A stretch of DNA of 64,000 bases from a virus, in the IMG/VR virus record IMGVR_UViG_3300037457_000038, positions 1 through 64,000 of that record; one strand, given 5' to 3'. This document shows, piece after piece, positions 44,735-53,430 of the stretch; within the stretch, counting starts at the first letter, position 1, and the number at the start of each line of letters is the position of its first letter. A program made the translations under genes and the position numbers. The notes under the pieces are model-generated. The model made no database searches. It had not been told where the DNA came from and was given only the letters and a program-made list of their open reading frames with translations.

Positions 44735-47292
44735 CAGACACCCCTGAAGCCGACATGCTCACCGCGGCCATCGCACTGCACGCGGCCGGCTGCTCCGTCG
44801 TCTCCGTCCGCGCCGACGGCAGCAAGCACCCCCGCGGAGCCTGGAAGCACTACCAGACCAAACGCGCCACCGAGGACCAGCTCCGCACCTGGTTCGAAAG
44901 CGGCCACCCCGGAATCGGCATCGTCACCGGCGCCGTCTCCGACAACCTGGAGATGCTCGAGCTGGAGGGCCGCGCCGTCGACGAGGGCGTCCTCAACCAA
45001 CTCACCGAGATCCTCGTCGCATCCGGGCTCGGCGAACTGTGGCAGCGCATCGCCACCGGATGGCTCGAACGCTCCCCAAGCGGCGGCCTCCACTTCCACT
45101 ACCGCGTTAACGGAACAGCGGTACCAGGGAACACCAAACTGGCGTCTCGGCTGGCCCGCGAGGACGAGTACACCGAGGACGAGCGAGAGCTGAAGCAGCG
45201 CCACCCGCACAAAAAGATCCTCCGCGGGCTCATCGAAACCCGCGGCGAAGGCGGCTTCGTCGTCACCGCACCGTCACACGGCCAGGTACACGCCACCGGC
45301 AAGCCGTACGAACTCCTCGCCGGCGGACCCGCGACAACCCCCGTTATCACTGCGGACGAACACCAGGCGCTGCACACCATCTGCCGCATGCTCGACACCG
45401 TCCCTACCGACGAGGCACCGAGTGATCACACTGGCGGCACCGCCAAAGTGATGCCGGAACCTCTTGACGAAGCCGCCGCGTTCCTCTTCTCCACTGATCG
45501 CGACATGGCACCCGGAGGCGTCACCCCGGGGGACGACTTCGAGCAGCGCGCCACATGGGCAGACATCCTCCAACCCCACGGCTGGAAACTCCTCTTCACC
45601 AGCGGACAAACCCACTACTGGCGCCGCCCCGGGAAAGACGGACGCGAACCGAGCGCAACCACCGGCCGAGCCATGGACCGCGACCGGCTGTACGTCTTCA
45701 CCACCAGCACCGAATTCACCCCCGAGGTGCCCTACACCAAATTCGGCGCTTACACCCTGCTGAACCACGGTGGAGACCACTCAGCCGCGGCGAAGGAGTT
45801 GCGTCGCCTCGGCTACGGCCATCCCGCGCCCGAACCCATACGACACCTCACAGCAGTCCCCAACCCGCCCCCCGCAACCGACGGGACCGCCGCCCTCAAC
45901 ATCGTCCAGCACCCCGCTGCGGAAACTCCCGGAACGTATACGCGAACCGACGACGGGAACGCGCTCCGCCTCGTCGATGAACACGAACAGCAGATCCGGT
46001 ACTGCCCACAGCGCAGCTGGCTCGTCTGGGACGGGTACCGCTGGACGTGGGACGAGAAAGGCAGCATCTACGAACTCGCCCGGGACATCGCCCGGGCCCT
46101 CCCGGACGGCGAAGGCGAATCCCAGCACCGCCTCCGCTCCCTGTCCGCCCGCGGCCTGGACGCCATGATCAAGGTCGCCCGGACCGACCCGCGCATCGTC
46201 GCCCCACTCGCCACCCTTGACGCCAACCCCTGGCAGCTCAACACCCCCGACGGCGTCGTAGACCTACGCACCGGAACGATGACCGCCCCCGACCCGGCGT
46301 CCCTCCACACCCGCACCACCACCGTCGGCCCCGACTTCGAGAAAACCGCAGAACGCTGGCTGCGCTTCATCGGCGACACCTTCGGCAAAGACCCCGAACT
46401 CATCGTCTACGTGCAGCGACTTCTCGGCATCTCCCTCATCGGCACCGTGCTCGAGCAGATCCTCCCGTTCGCCTTCGGCGACGGCGCCAACGGCAAATCA
46501 ACACTCGCCGACACCGTCATGCGCGTCATCGGCATCGGAGAGACCGGATACAGCATCAGCGCCCCATCCGAGATGCTCCTCGCCTCTTCCGCGAATAACC
46601 ACCCAACCGAGATCGCCCGCCTCGCCGGCGCCCGCATGGTCGTCGCCTCCGAACTCGACGACGGCCAAAAATTCGCCGAGGCCCGGATCAAGATGCTCAC
46701 CGGCCGCGACATCATCACCGGCCGATTCATGAGACAGGACTTCTTCTCTTTCACCCCCACCCACACCCTGTGGCTCCTCGGCAACCACAAGCCTGCCGTA
46801 CGCACCGGCGGCCCCGCATTTTGGCGCCGCCTACGCCTCGTCCCCTTCCTCCACACCGTCCCCGAACACCTTCGTGACACCCACCTGGAAGAGCACCTCG
46901 TCGACCACGAGGCGTCGGCAATCCTCGCCTGGCTCATCCGCGGCGGCGCCGACTACCACCAGCACGGCATCACCACCCCCTCCGCTGTGCAGGCCGCTAC
47001 GGAGGAATACCAGGGCGACCAGGACACCGTGGCCCGCTTCATCGCCGACATGTGCACTCTCGGCACACCCGGTGCCCAAACGATGCAGACCCCGAGCAGT
47101 GTCCTGCGCGCCGCATACGAGCGGTGGTGCCAGCAGGAGGGCGAGGAGGGCGTCTCCGCCAAGAAGTTCGCGGCCACGATTCAGAAGCCGCCGCACAACG
47201 TCCAGTCGTCCCGGAACATGCGCTTCCGCTTTTTCGACGGGATCCGCCTCAACCAGACCGAGACCGAAGGCGACCCCGAGGGCGGGTGGTGA
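44731..47292 (+). CDS. Prim-pol primase fused to P4/D5-type SF3 helicase
   Basis: GIGIVTG, SPSGGLH, ETRGEGGFVV..PS; TDDGNA, GDGANGKST, IKMLTG.D, N.KP, WRRL..VPF. Confidence 0.93.
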   Translation: MTDTPEADMLTAAIALHAAGCSVVSVRADGSKHPRGAWKHYQTKRATEDQLRTWFESGHPGIGIVTGAVSDNLEMLELEGRAVDEGVLNQLTEILVASGLGELWQRIATGWLERSPSGGLHFHYRVNGTAVPGNTKLASRLAREDEYTEDERELKQRHPHKKILRGLIETRGEGGFVVTAPSHGQVHATGKPYELLAGGPATTPVITADEHQALHTICRMLDTVPTDEAPSDHTGGTAKVMPEPLDEAAAFLFSTDRDMAPGGVTPGDDFEQRATWADILQPHGWKLLFTSGQTHYWRRPGKDGREPSATTGRAMDRDRLYVFTTSTEFTPEVPYTKFGAYTLLNHGGDHSAAAKELRRLGYGHPAPEPIRHLTAVPNPPPATDGTAALNIVQHPAAETPGTYTRTDDGNALRLVDEHEQQIRYCPQRSWLVWDGYRWTWDEKGSIYELARDIARALPDGEGESQHRLRSLSARGLDAMIKVARTDPRIVAPLATLDANPWQLNTPDGVVDLRTGTMTAPDPASLHTRTTTVGPDFEKTAERWLRFIGDTFGKDPELIVYVQRLLGISLIGTVLEQILPFAFGDGANGKSTLADTVMRVIGIGETGYSISAPSEMLLASSANNHPTEIARLAGARMVVASELDDGQKFAEARIKMLTGRDIITGRFMRQDFFSFTPTHTLWLLGNHKPAVRTGGPAFWRRLRLVPFLHTVPEHLRDTHLEEHLVDHEASAILAWLIRGGADYHQHGITTPSAVQAATEEYQGDQDTVARFIADMCTLGTPGAQTMQTPSSVLRAAYERWCQQEGEEGVSAKKFAATIQKPPHNVQSSRNMRFRFFDGIRLNQTETEGDPEGGW

Positions 47293-47304
47293 CCATGCGA
47301 ACTC

Positions 47305-47542
47305 ATGACACATCGAACCATGATCATGACGCATTGCATGACGCATCCAGTGATGCAAAACCCCAGGTCATGACGCTTATGACGCTTATGACGCATTGTT
47401 CTCCGTTCCCGCTTCACGCGCACGCACACGCATGTGAGTGCACGGCTCAACCCCGAACAATGCGTCAGACGCGTCATAAGCGTCACCACCAGCAGAAACG
47501 CGTGATGCGAAGCGTCATCAATGCGTCATGCAATGCGTCATG
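47305..47542. repeat. Palindromic iteron array (ATGACGC), putative replication origin
   Basis: Five forward and six reverse copies; perfect 22-bp outer inverted repeat and 31-bp inner one with 2 mismatches. Confidence 0.85.
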
Positions 47543-47558
47543 GGGCCGGTGATGCCCA

Positions 47559-47897
47559 ATGACCAAGCCACCGCCGAATCCAGGCATCGCCGCGAAGATC
47601 GCCACCTCCGCAGACCACGCGAAGGAAGCCCCCTGTCCTCGCTGCGGCGCCCCGACCCTCACGGCAAGAGCCGGCCGTACAGCGGCCCTCGATGTCACCG
47701 CGGACCCGCAACCAATCACCGCCGTCGAGGAAATCCTCGCCCTCCTCGAAGGGCGGCTCACCTGGCACCTCATCACCACCGCCCTCGGGACGACGCGCAT
47801 CGCCTGGCGCGACCACCAATTCCGGCCCTTCGACAAACACCCCGTCGTCCAAGACCACCTATGCCCGCCACAACCCGTACAAGGGACGCTCCTATGA
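47559..47897 (+). CDS. Zinc-binding hypothetical protein
   Basis: CPRC...H...HLC. Confidence 0.65.
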   Translation: MTKPPPNPGIAAKIATSADHAKEAPCPRCGAPTLTARAGRTAALDVTADPQPITAVEEILALLEGRLTWHLITTALGTTRIAWRDHQFRPFDKHPVVQDHLCPPQPVQGTLL

Positions 47898-48355
47898 CAC
47901 GGACCTTCACCCTGCCCCTCCCCCCAGGGCTGCGGCTCCTCAACGCGAACCAGCGCCTGCACCACCGGGTCCGCGCGGAACTCACCAGCAGTATCCGTGC
48001 CGCCGCAATGGCCGCATGCTCCGAAAACGAGCAGATGCGAGCAGCGCTCGCCGAGGCCAACCCTGGCGTCGCTCTCGAGCATGCCTACATCCTCGGCATC
48101 CTCCACCCGGGAAGCCGCCGCCGTATCGACCCCGCGAACTTCTACCCAAGCTTCAAAGCCGCCGTCGATGGGTTGGTCGACGCGGGAGTGCTGGAGGACG
48201 ACGACCACACCCGCGTCATCGGGCCCGACATGCGCCTCGGCCCCACCGTCAAGCGTGCACAACTCACCCTCGTCATCCAAGAACTCACCACCGCCCAACA
48301 CGCGGCGTTCCAGTGGGCCACCACACCCCAGGAGGTGGCCGCTGATGTTCGGTAG
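47894..48355 (+). CDS. RusA-like Holliday junction resolvase (copy 1)
   Basis: LNAN.R.H; DPAN..PSFKAAVDGLVDAGVLEDDD. Confidence 0.7.
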   Translation: MTRTFTLPLPPGLRLLNANQRLHHRVRAELTSSIRAAAMAACSENEQMRAALAEANPGVALEHAYILGILHPGSRRRIDPANFYPSFKAAVDGLVDAGVLEDDDHTRVIGPDMRLGPTVKRAQLTLVIQELTTAQHAAFQWATTPQEVAADVR

Positions 48356-48839
48356 CTACCGCCGCGAGCTGGAAGCCGACAACCGGGACCTGCGGACCCG
48401 TGTCCGAAAGCTGGTCGAGGAGCGCGACGAGGCCCGTGACGGAGAGCAGGCCGCCGTCAAGGGCGCCGCGGTCGTGTCCCGGCACCTGGCCGGAGCAGAG
48501 GCCGCGGCCAAGCGCACCGCTGACCGTAACCAGCGGCTCGTGGAGCTGCTGGAGCTCGCACGTGCCGCGCAGGACGACGACGGGTACGCCGCGCTTCAGG
48601 CCCGTCTGGAGCGGGCGCTGCGCGCCTGTGCCCGCTACCGGGCCCAGCTGCCTGCGCGGCGGGGTACGGACCGGCTGAGTCTGGCGATGCTGCTGGAACT
48701 GTCCGAGCGGGCCCGCGCGTCGCTCGATACCCAACTGCGGACGGTCCAGCAGTCCACCGCCCGGCAGGAGCGGGAGCTGGCCGCCGCGCGGAGGCAGCTG
48801 GCGGCCCCGGACTGCGAGCCGGGCGAGGTGGCGCCGTGA
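48345..48839 (+). CDS. Coiled-coil protein
   Basis: RBS GGAGG; RLERALRACARYR. Confidence 0.65.
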   Translation: MFGSYRRELEADNRDLRTRVRKLVEERDEARDGEQAAVKGAAVVSRHLAGAEAAAKRTADRNQRLVELLELARAAQDDDGYAALQARLERALRACARYRAQLPARRGTDRLSLAMLLELSERARASLDTQLRTVQQSTARQERELAAARRQLAAPDCEPGEVAP

Positions 48840-49039
48840 TCGTGCTTCAGGTCCTCGCGCAGATCGCCGTATGCGGCGCCGCGGTCGCGGTGATGGCGCT
48901 CCGCGACTGGCTCCGCGACCGCTACCAGGTACGCCCCTACCACGCGCGCTTCGACACCGACACCACCCCGTAGGCCGCTCGGCCCGGCTGCGACCACTGA
49001 CTCCGGCCCGGCCGAGCACCAACACCGAAGGACCACCCG

Positions 49040-49234
49040 ATGATCGAGTACTGGCTCGCATGGGCCGTCATAGCCCTTCTCGCCGTCGCTCTGCTGCTCC
49101 GTGGCGAGCGCGTCTCCGGCCGTATCCGCAAGGTGCGCCGCCGCTGCCCGACCTGCGGCCTGCCATACGACACCGATCCCACCCGCGCCGTACGCGTCTG
49201 CCGCTGCACCGCCCCGCTCGGAGGCACCCGATGA
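49040..49234 (+). CDS. Small TM plus zinc-ribbon protein
   Basis: RBS AAGGA; TM; CPTC...CRC. Confidence 0.55.
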   Translation: MIEYWLAWAVIALLAVALLLRGERVSGRIRKVRRRCPTCGLPYDTDPTRAVRVCRCTAPLGGTR

Positions 49235-49713
49235 GCTTCTTCGACTTGGCGTGGTGGTGGTCTACCCCGTGGGGCATCACCGTGTGGCTGGCCGCCGCGA
49301 CCGGGCTGGCCGGGTGGCTTGCCGCCGCCGGATACGGCGCCTACCGCCTGTCCTGCCGGGTGCTGGGCTGGCACCGTGACCCGCCGCTACGGGAGCAGCT
49401 GGACGCTTCCCGGGACGAGGTCCACGTGTGGCGTGGCCGGGCCAAGGCGGTGCCGGAAGAGGCACGCCGTGCCCGGCACCTGGCCGCCGCATGGCTGGGC
49501 AGTGAGGACTGGGACCGTGTGGCCGCAGGCTCCGAGCTGGGCTTGGTCCTGGGCGACGCGTTGTCGGTCAAGGCTGTCGCCGGGCGCGAGGTGCCCTGCG
49601 TGCCGCCGTGTGAGGTGTGCGGACGCCCCGCCGACCCGCAGACGGAAGCACTGGACACGCTGGCCGACGAGCTGCGCGCCGACGGACACCTCCCGGGCGG
49701 TGATGCCCGGTGA
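49231..49713 (+). CDS. Membrane protein
   Basis: RBS GGAGG; N-terminal TM. Confidence 0.55.
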   Translation: MSFFDLAWWWSTPWGITVWLAAATGLAGWLAAAGYGAYRLSCRVLGWHRDPPLREQLDASRDEVHVWRGRAKAVPEEARRARHLAAAWLGSEDWDRVAAGSELGLVLGDALSVKAVAGREVPCVPPCEVCGRPADPQTEALDTLADELRADGHLPGGDAR

Positions 49714-50150
49714 AACTCCGCGCAGACGTGGCCACGATGCTCCAGTCCGGGGCCACAGTCACCGACATCGTCCAGACCCTGCACGTCAGCACCCTCACCG
49801 TGCAGCGCACCCGTAAGGCCATCGGCATGCCCGCGCACCTGAGGGGCCGCTGGTCCGAGTCTCTGGCCGAGGCGTTCGCTGTGCGTACGGAGCCGGCCCC
49901 GGGCGGTCATGTGCGGTGGACCGGATGCGTCTCGAACAAGGGCATGCCGGTCGTCAGCTACCTGCGGACGAAGGTCTCCGCGTACCGGGTGGCGTTCCGC
50001 GCGCACTACGGCCGGGACCCGGTCGGCCTGCCCAAGCCGGGCTGCGGCTATCCGCGGTGTGTGGCCGGCGCGCATCTGGAGGACCAGCCGATGCGCGTGC
50101 GGAACCGGGAGACGTTCGCCGCGATCTTCGGCTCGGAGGTGGCCCGGTGA
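49710..50150 (+). CDS. HTH plus degenerate HNH-like (His-Me finger) protein
   Basis: H..WTG, SAYRVAF...G..P, CG.PRCV...HLED. Confidence 0.65.
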   Translation: MKLRADVATMLQSGATVTDIVQTLHVSTLTVQRTRKAIGMPAHLRGRWSESLAEAFAVRTEPAPGGHVRWTGCVSNKGMPVVSYLRTKVSAYRVAFRAHYGRDPVGLPKPGCGYPRCVAGAHLEDQPMRVRNRETFAAIFGSEVAR

Positions 50151-50674
50151 CCGCCGCCCTGTTCACCCCCAACACCCCAGCCGCGACGGCTGGGCCCCGG
50201 CCCGAGCCCGCCATCGTCATCACCGTCTACGGAGAGCCCGGCCCCCAGGGCTCCAAGCGGCACGTCGGCAACGGCGTCATGGTCGAGTCATCAAAGAAGG
50301 TCAAGCCATGGCGGCAGGACGTCAAGTACGCGGCCATCGGCGCGACCGCCCGTATCCCCGGATGGAGACCGCTGGACGGGCCGCTCGCCGCCTCGATCGT
50401 GTTCACCTTCGCCCGGCGTAAGGGGCACTACCGGACGGGCCGTAACGCGCATCTGCTGCGTGACTCGGCGCCGGTACGCCCTGCTGTCTACCCGGACTTG
50501 TCGAAGATTCTCCGGTCTACGGAGGACGCGCTGACCGGCGTGGTCTGGGCTGATGATCAGCGAGTTGTGGAGTATCTGCGGCTGGGGAAGTGGTACGCGG
50601 GTACCGACGCGCCGGATGTGCTGGATGTGCCGGGCTGCGTGATCCGCGTATGGCCGCTGGGGGCGGCCCGGTGA
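50147..50674 (+). CDS. rusA: RusA-family Holliday junction resolvase (copy 2)
   Basis: PQGSKR, KPWR, PDLSKILRSTEDALTG.VWADD..VV. Confidence 0.88.
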   Translation: MTAALFTPNTPAATAGPRPEPAIVITVYGEPGPQGSKRHVGNGVMVESSKKVKPWRQDVKYAAIGATARIPGWRPLDGPLAASIVFTFARRKGHYRTGRNAHLLRDSAPVRPAVYPDLSKILRSTEDALTGVVWADDQRVVEYLRLGKWYAGTDAPDVLDVPGCVIRVWPLGAAR

Positions 50675-50898
50675 TCGGCGATCTGACCCAACTCGTAGAC
50701 GGCGAGACCGTCGACCTCGTCGCGGTCGAGCGCGCCCTCTCCCGCCTGTGGCCGAGGCCGCCGCTGTCCCGCGCGGACCAGGTGTATGCGGCCCGGCTGC
50801 TGCTGGAGCGTGGCCACGGGACGGCGATGGTCGGCAACGTCCTGGGCGTGTCCGGGGACACGGCGTCCGCGCTGATCGAGGAGGCGAACGGCCGGTGA
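50671..50898 (+). CDS. Small HTH-like protein
   Basis: VD.VAVERA; coupling. Confidence 0.55.
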   Translation: MIGDLTQLVDGETVDLVAVERALSRLWPRPPLSRADQVYAARLLLERGHGTAMVGNVLGVSGDTASALIEEANGR

Positions 50899-51314
50899 TT
50901 GACACCCGTCACCTTCCGGGTCTGGACCCGGTCTACGACTGGAAGCGCCGCGCGGAATGCCGTGACGCGAACAGCAACCTCATGTACCCGCTCCCGTCCG
51001 ATCTGGACGGCATCCGGGACGCCAAGAAGGTGTGCGGCGGATGCCCGGTCCGGAAGGAGTGCCTGGCGTGGGCGCTCAACCACCCCGAGCCATATGGCGT
51101 CTGGGGCGGCTTGGACGAGCGGGAACGCGCCGACCTGCTGGGGCGTCGTCCGAAGCCGGACCCGGATGAGCAGCCGGTCAGGGACCCGGCTGTGTGCGGT
51201 ACGGAGGCTGGGCATCGCAGGCATATCCGTGCGGGTGAGAGGGCGTGCCGACGCTGTAAGGACGCGCGTAATCGGGCGCGGGCTGCCCGGCGCCGTCAGG
51301 GGCGGCCGCCGTGA
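50895..51314 (+). CDS. whiB: WhiB-family regulator with extra C-terminal Cys/His motif
   Basis: W...A.C, AK.VC.GCPV...CL..AL, GVWGG..E.ER; CGT.AG..RH...GE..C..C. Confidence 0.9.
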   Translation: MIDTRHLPGLDPVYDWKRRAECRDANSNLMYPLPSDLDGIRDAKKVCGGCPVRKECLAWALNHPEPYGVWGGLDERERADLLGRRPKPDPDEQPVRDPAVCGTEAGHRRHIRAGERACRRCKDARNRARAARRRQGRPP

Positions 51315-51511
51315 GCGGGCCCGACGAGCCACCGCTCCTCGACTGGCGGGACCCGTCGCACTACTCGTACGCGGCTCGGCCGTGCCGGTACTGCGGCGGG
51401 GACACCCACCTCCGCGATTCGCGGCGGAAAGCGGCCCATAAAACCTGCGCGGAAGAAGCCATCGCCCAACAGGCCGCCGAGGCGGCCGACGCCTACCGAT
51501 TGGACACCTGA
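51311..51511 (+). CDS. Small zinc-binding protein
   Basis: LDW..H...PCRYC...AHKTC. Confidence 0.65.
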   Translation: MSGPDEPPLLDWRDPSHYSYAARPCRYCGGDTHLRDSRRKAAHKTCAEEAIAQQAAEAADAYRLDT

Positions 51512-51870
51512 TGCCTGACCAGCCCACTGCCAGCCCGCTCACGCCCGAGATCGTCAACGCGATCGTCCGCGACCCCGATGACCCGCGCTACCCGGTCCAG
51601 GTCGGCGTGTTCTGCGACCGCTGCGGCACCACCGTCAAGCGCGACTACCTCGTCAGCGACGACACGGACCGCCAGGAGCGGTTCGAGGTCGCTCGCGGCT
51701 ATCTCCGGGAGCACGAGGGCTGGTCGTGTACGGAGGCGGGCGACTTCTGCCCTGAATGCGCCTCGGGTGACGCCTCGCATGAGGGTCCTGGCCCGATGGG
51801 TGAGCTGACCCGGCACAAGGGTGCGCGTGCCGCGTGCAGCTACCCGGACTGCGCCGAGAGCGCCCGGTGA
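51511..51870 (+). CDS. Zinc-ribbon protein
   Basis: CDRC...GW...DFCPEC. Confidence 0.6.
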   Translation: MPDQPTASPLTPEIVNAIVRDPDDPRYPVQVGVFCDRCGTTVKRDYLVSDDTDRQERFEVARGYLREHEGWSCTEAGDFCPECASGDASHEGPGPMGELTRHKGARAACSYPDCAESAR

Positions 51871-52022
51871 ACCGCTTCTTGGCCGGGCTGGTTCTCGGGG
51901 CTGCGGCTTCCGGCATCACGTATGCGGTCACGCCCGCGCCGCCGTGGTGGTGGGCGATTGGCCTGACCGTGGCCTGCCTCGTCTGGTTCGGCGAGTTCGT
52001 GCTCGACATGCTCACCGACTGA
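51867..52022 (+). CDS. Small two-TM protein
   Basis: GTGA coupling; hydrophobic. Confidence 0.55.
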   Translation: MNRFLAGLVLGAAASGITYAVTPAPPWWWAIGLTVACLVWFGEFVLDMLTD

Positions 52023-52087
52023 CCCGCACCCACCGACCAGGGCGAACACCGCCTACTCGAAACCTGCTTGAAAGGACACCCCGCCCG

Positions 52088-52546
52088 ATGACTGATCTGC
52101 CGTACACCGATGCTGACCTCCGCGCCGAGGCCGCACACCAGCACTCCGGGCTCACCGAGGACCCCGACTTCATGGGCGTCGGCGAGCAGATGGAGGACAG
52201 CTTCGTCCCGTCGCTCCGGGCGGAGGACAGCGTCCCGTCTCTCGCCACGACGTGGAGCGCGGCCCTCGACGGCGACGACTACGGCGACGCCCAGCGCAAG
52301 ATCCACGACCTGATCAACGGCGCCGCTGATGTGTCCGAGTGGGCCGTCGACCTGGGCGCCGCAGGGCTCACCGAGACCGTCACGCACGGCTGGTACTGCC
52401 AGGGGCGCGGCTGGGAACTGGCCGTGCAGATCGCGCACCGCCCGCAGATCAAGCCGGAGGTGCGGGACGAGGTCGAGTCCGCAGTGCGGCGGGCAGTCGA
52501 GCGTGTCCTCGCCGAGCACGGGCTGACGGCATACCTCGACACCTGA
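52088..52546 (+). CDS. Hypothetical protein
   Basis: RBS AAAGGA; PYTDADLRAEAA. Confidence 0.7.
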   Translation: MTDLPYTDADLRAEAAHQHSGLTEDPDFMGVGEQMEDSFVPSLRAEDSVPSLATTWSAALDGDDYGDAQRKIHDLINGAADVSEWAVDLGAAGLTETVTHGWYCQGRGWELAVQIAHRPQIKPEVRDEVESAVRRAVERVLAEHGLTAYLDT

Positions 52547-52624
52547 CCCGCCCCTGACCGGTCCGGCTGTTGTTTCCCCGCGTCGCAGCAGCCGGACCCC
52601 TACCTCACCGAACTGGAGTACCCG

Positions 52625-52834
52625 TTGAGTAGCGACACCAGCAGCAACGTCACCATGACCGCCGTCGACGGTACCGACGCACTCGCCTTCGTCATCATCC
52701 GCCCCGGCTCGACCGAGGGCGGTGTGTCGATTGAGGCATGCGCCAGTGGGCTGTCCAAGGAGGCTGCCGCCTATGTGCTGCGGCACGTGGCCGACGAGTG
52801 GGAGCGCGAGGCGTCCGCCGGGGGTGGCCGCTGA
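52625..52834 (+). CDS. Hypothetical protein
   Basis: RBS GGAG plus TTG. Confidence 0.55.
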   Translation: MSSDTSSNVTMTAVDGTDALAFVIIRPGSTEGGVSIEACASGLSKEAAAYVLRHVADEWEREASAGGGR

Positions 52835-53151
52835 TGGCGTACGTCGATCACCGCTGTACCGGCTGCACGCATTTGCGTGGCGCGCACTACACCACCGGCA
52901 CGGGCAAGGGCGCATGCGGTCAGACGCACGCCTGCGCCTGCAACGGCTACGTGCCCGGCGAGCCCGAGGTGGTCCGCACCTATGGCTGGAAGGGCCGGCT
53001 GCTGGACACGTACACCCCACCCGGCCGCACAGTGGCGCCGGGTGTGGTGGCGCACGACTGCCAGGAGTGCCAGGCCCTGTACGACAGCTCACCGAGGCGG
53101 GTGCGGCGTGAGCCACAAGGACACGCGGCAGCTCATAGCCCGGCTCCGTGA
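52834..53151 (+). CDS. Cys-rich hypothetical protein
   Basis: CTGC.H...H...C...C.C; TGATG coupling. Confidence 0.55.
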   Translation: MAYVDHRCTGCTHLRGAHYTTGTGKGACGQTHACACNGYVPGEPEVVRTYGWKGRLLDTYTPPGRTVAPGVVAHDCQECQALYDSSPRRVRREPQGHAAAHSPAP

Positions 53152-53305
53152 GCAGGGGTTCACGGTGCGGTTGGCGAAGTCGGGGCACTACCGGGTTTCT
53201 GGTCCGGGTGGGCGGACGGTGACGGTTCCGCAGTCGCCGTCGTGTGGCCGGTCGTTGGCGAACGCCAGGGCGAACCTGAGGCGCTGGCTGGGAGCGCAGG
53301 TATGA
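53108..53305 (+). CDS. HicA-like toxin-fold protein
   Basis: LI..L...GF.V....SGH..V..P.G..VTVP. Confidence 0.7.
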   Translation: MSHKDTRQLIARLREQGFTVRLAKSGHYRVSGPGGRTVTVPQSPSCGRSLANARANLRRWLGAQV

Positions 53306-53430
53306 GCAGCGCGTCTGGTGTCGGAGTGAGTGGGGTGTCAGTGGTCCCCGGCCTCAGCACGCTTCCGGCGACGGAACAGCACGAAACCCCGCACGCATGG
53401 TGCGGGGCGTAGGGAGAGGAGAGGGCGGCA

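Noticed and set aside
47305-47542. CRISPR array
   Set aside because: Repeats are 7-mers in inverted arrangement with no unique spacers; the Cas4-like gene is an ordinary phage exonuclease and there are no other cas genes
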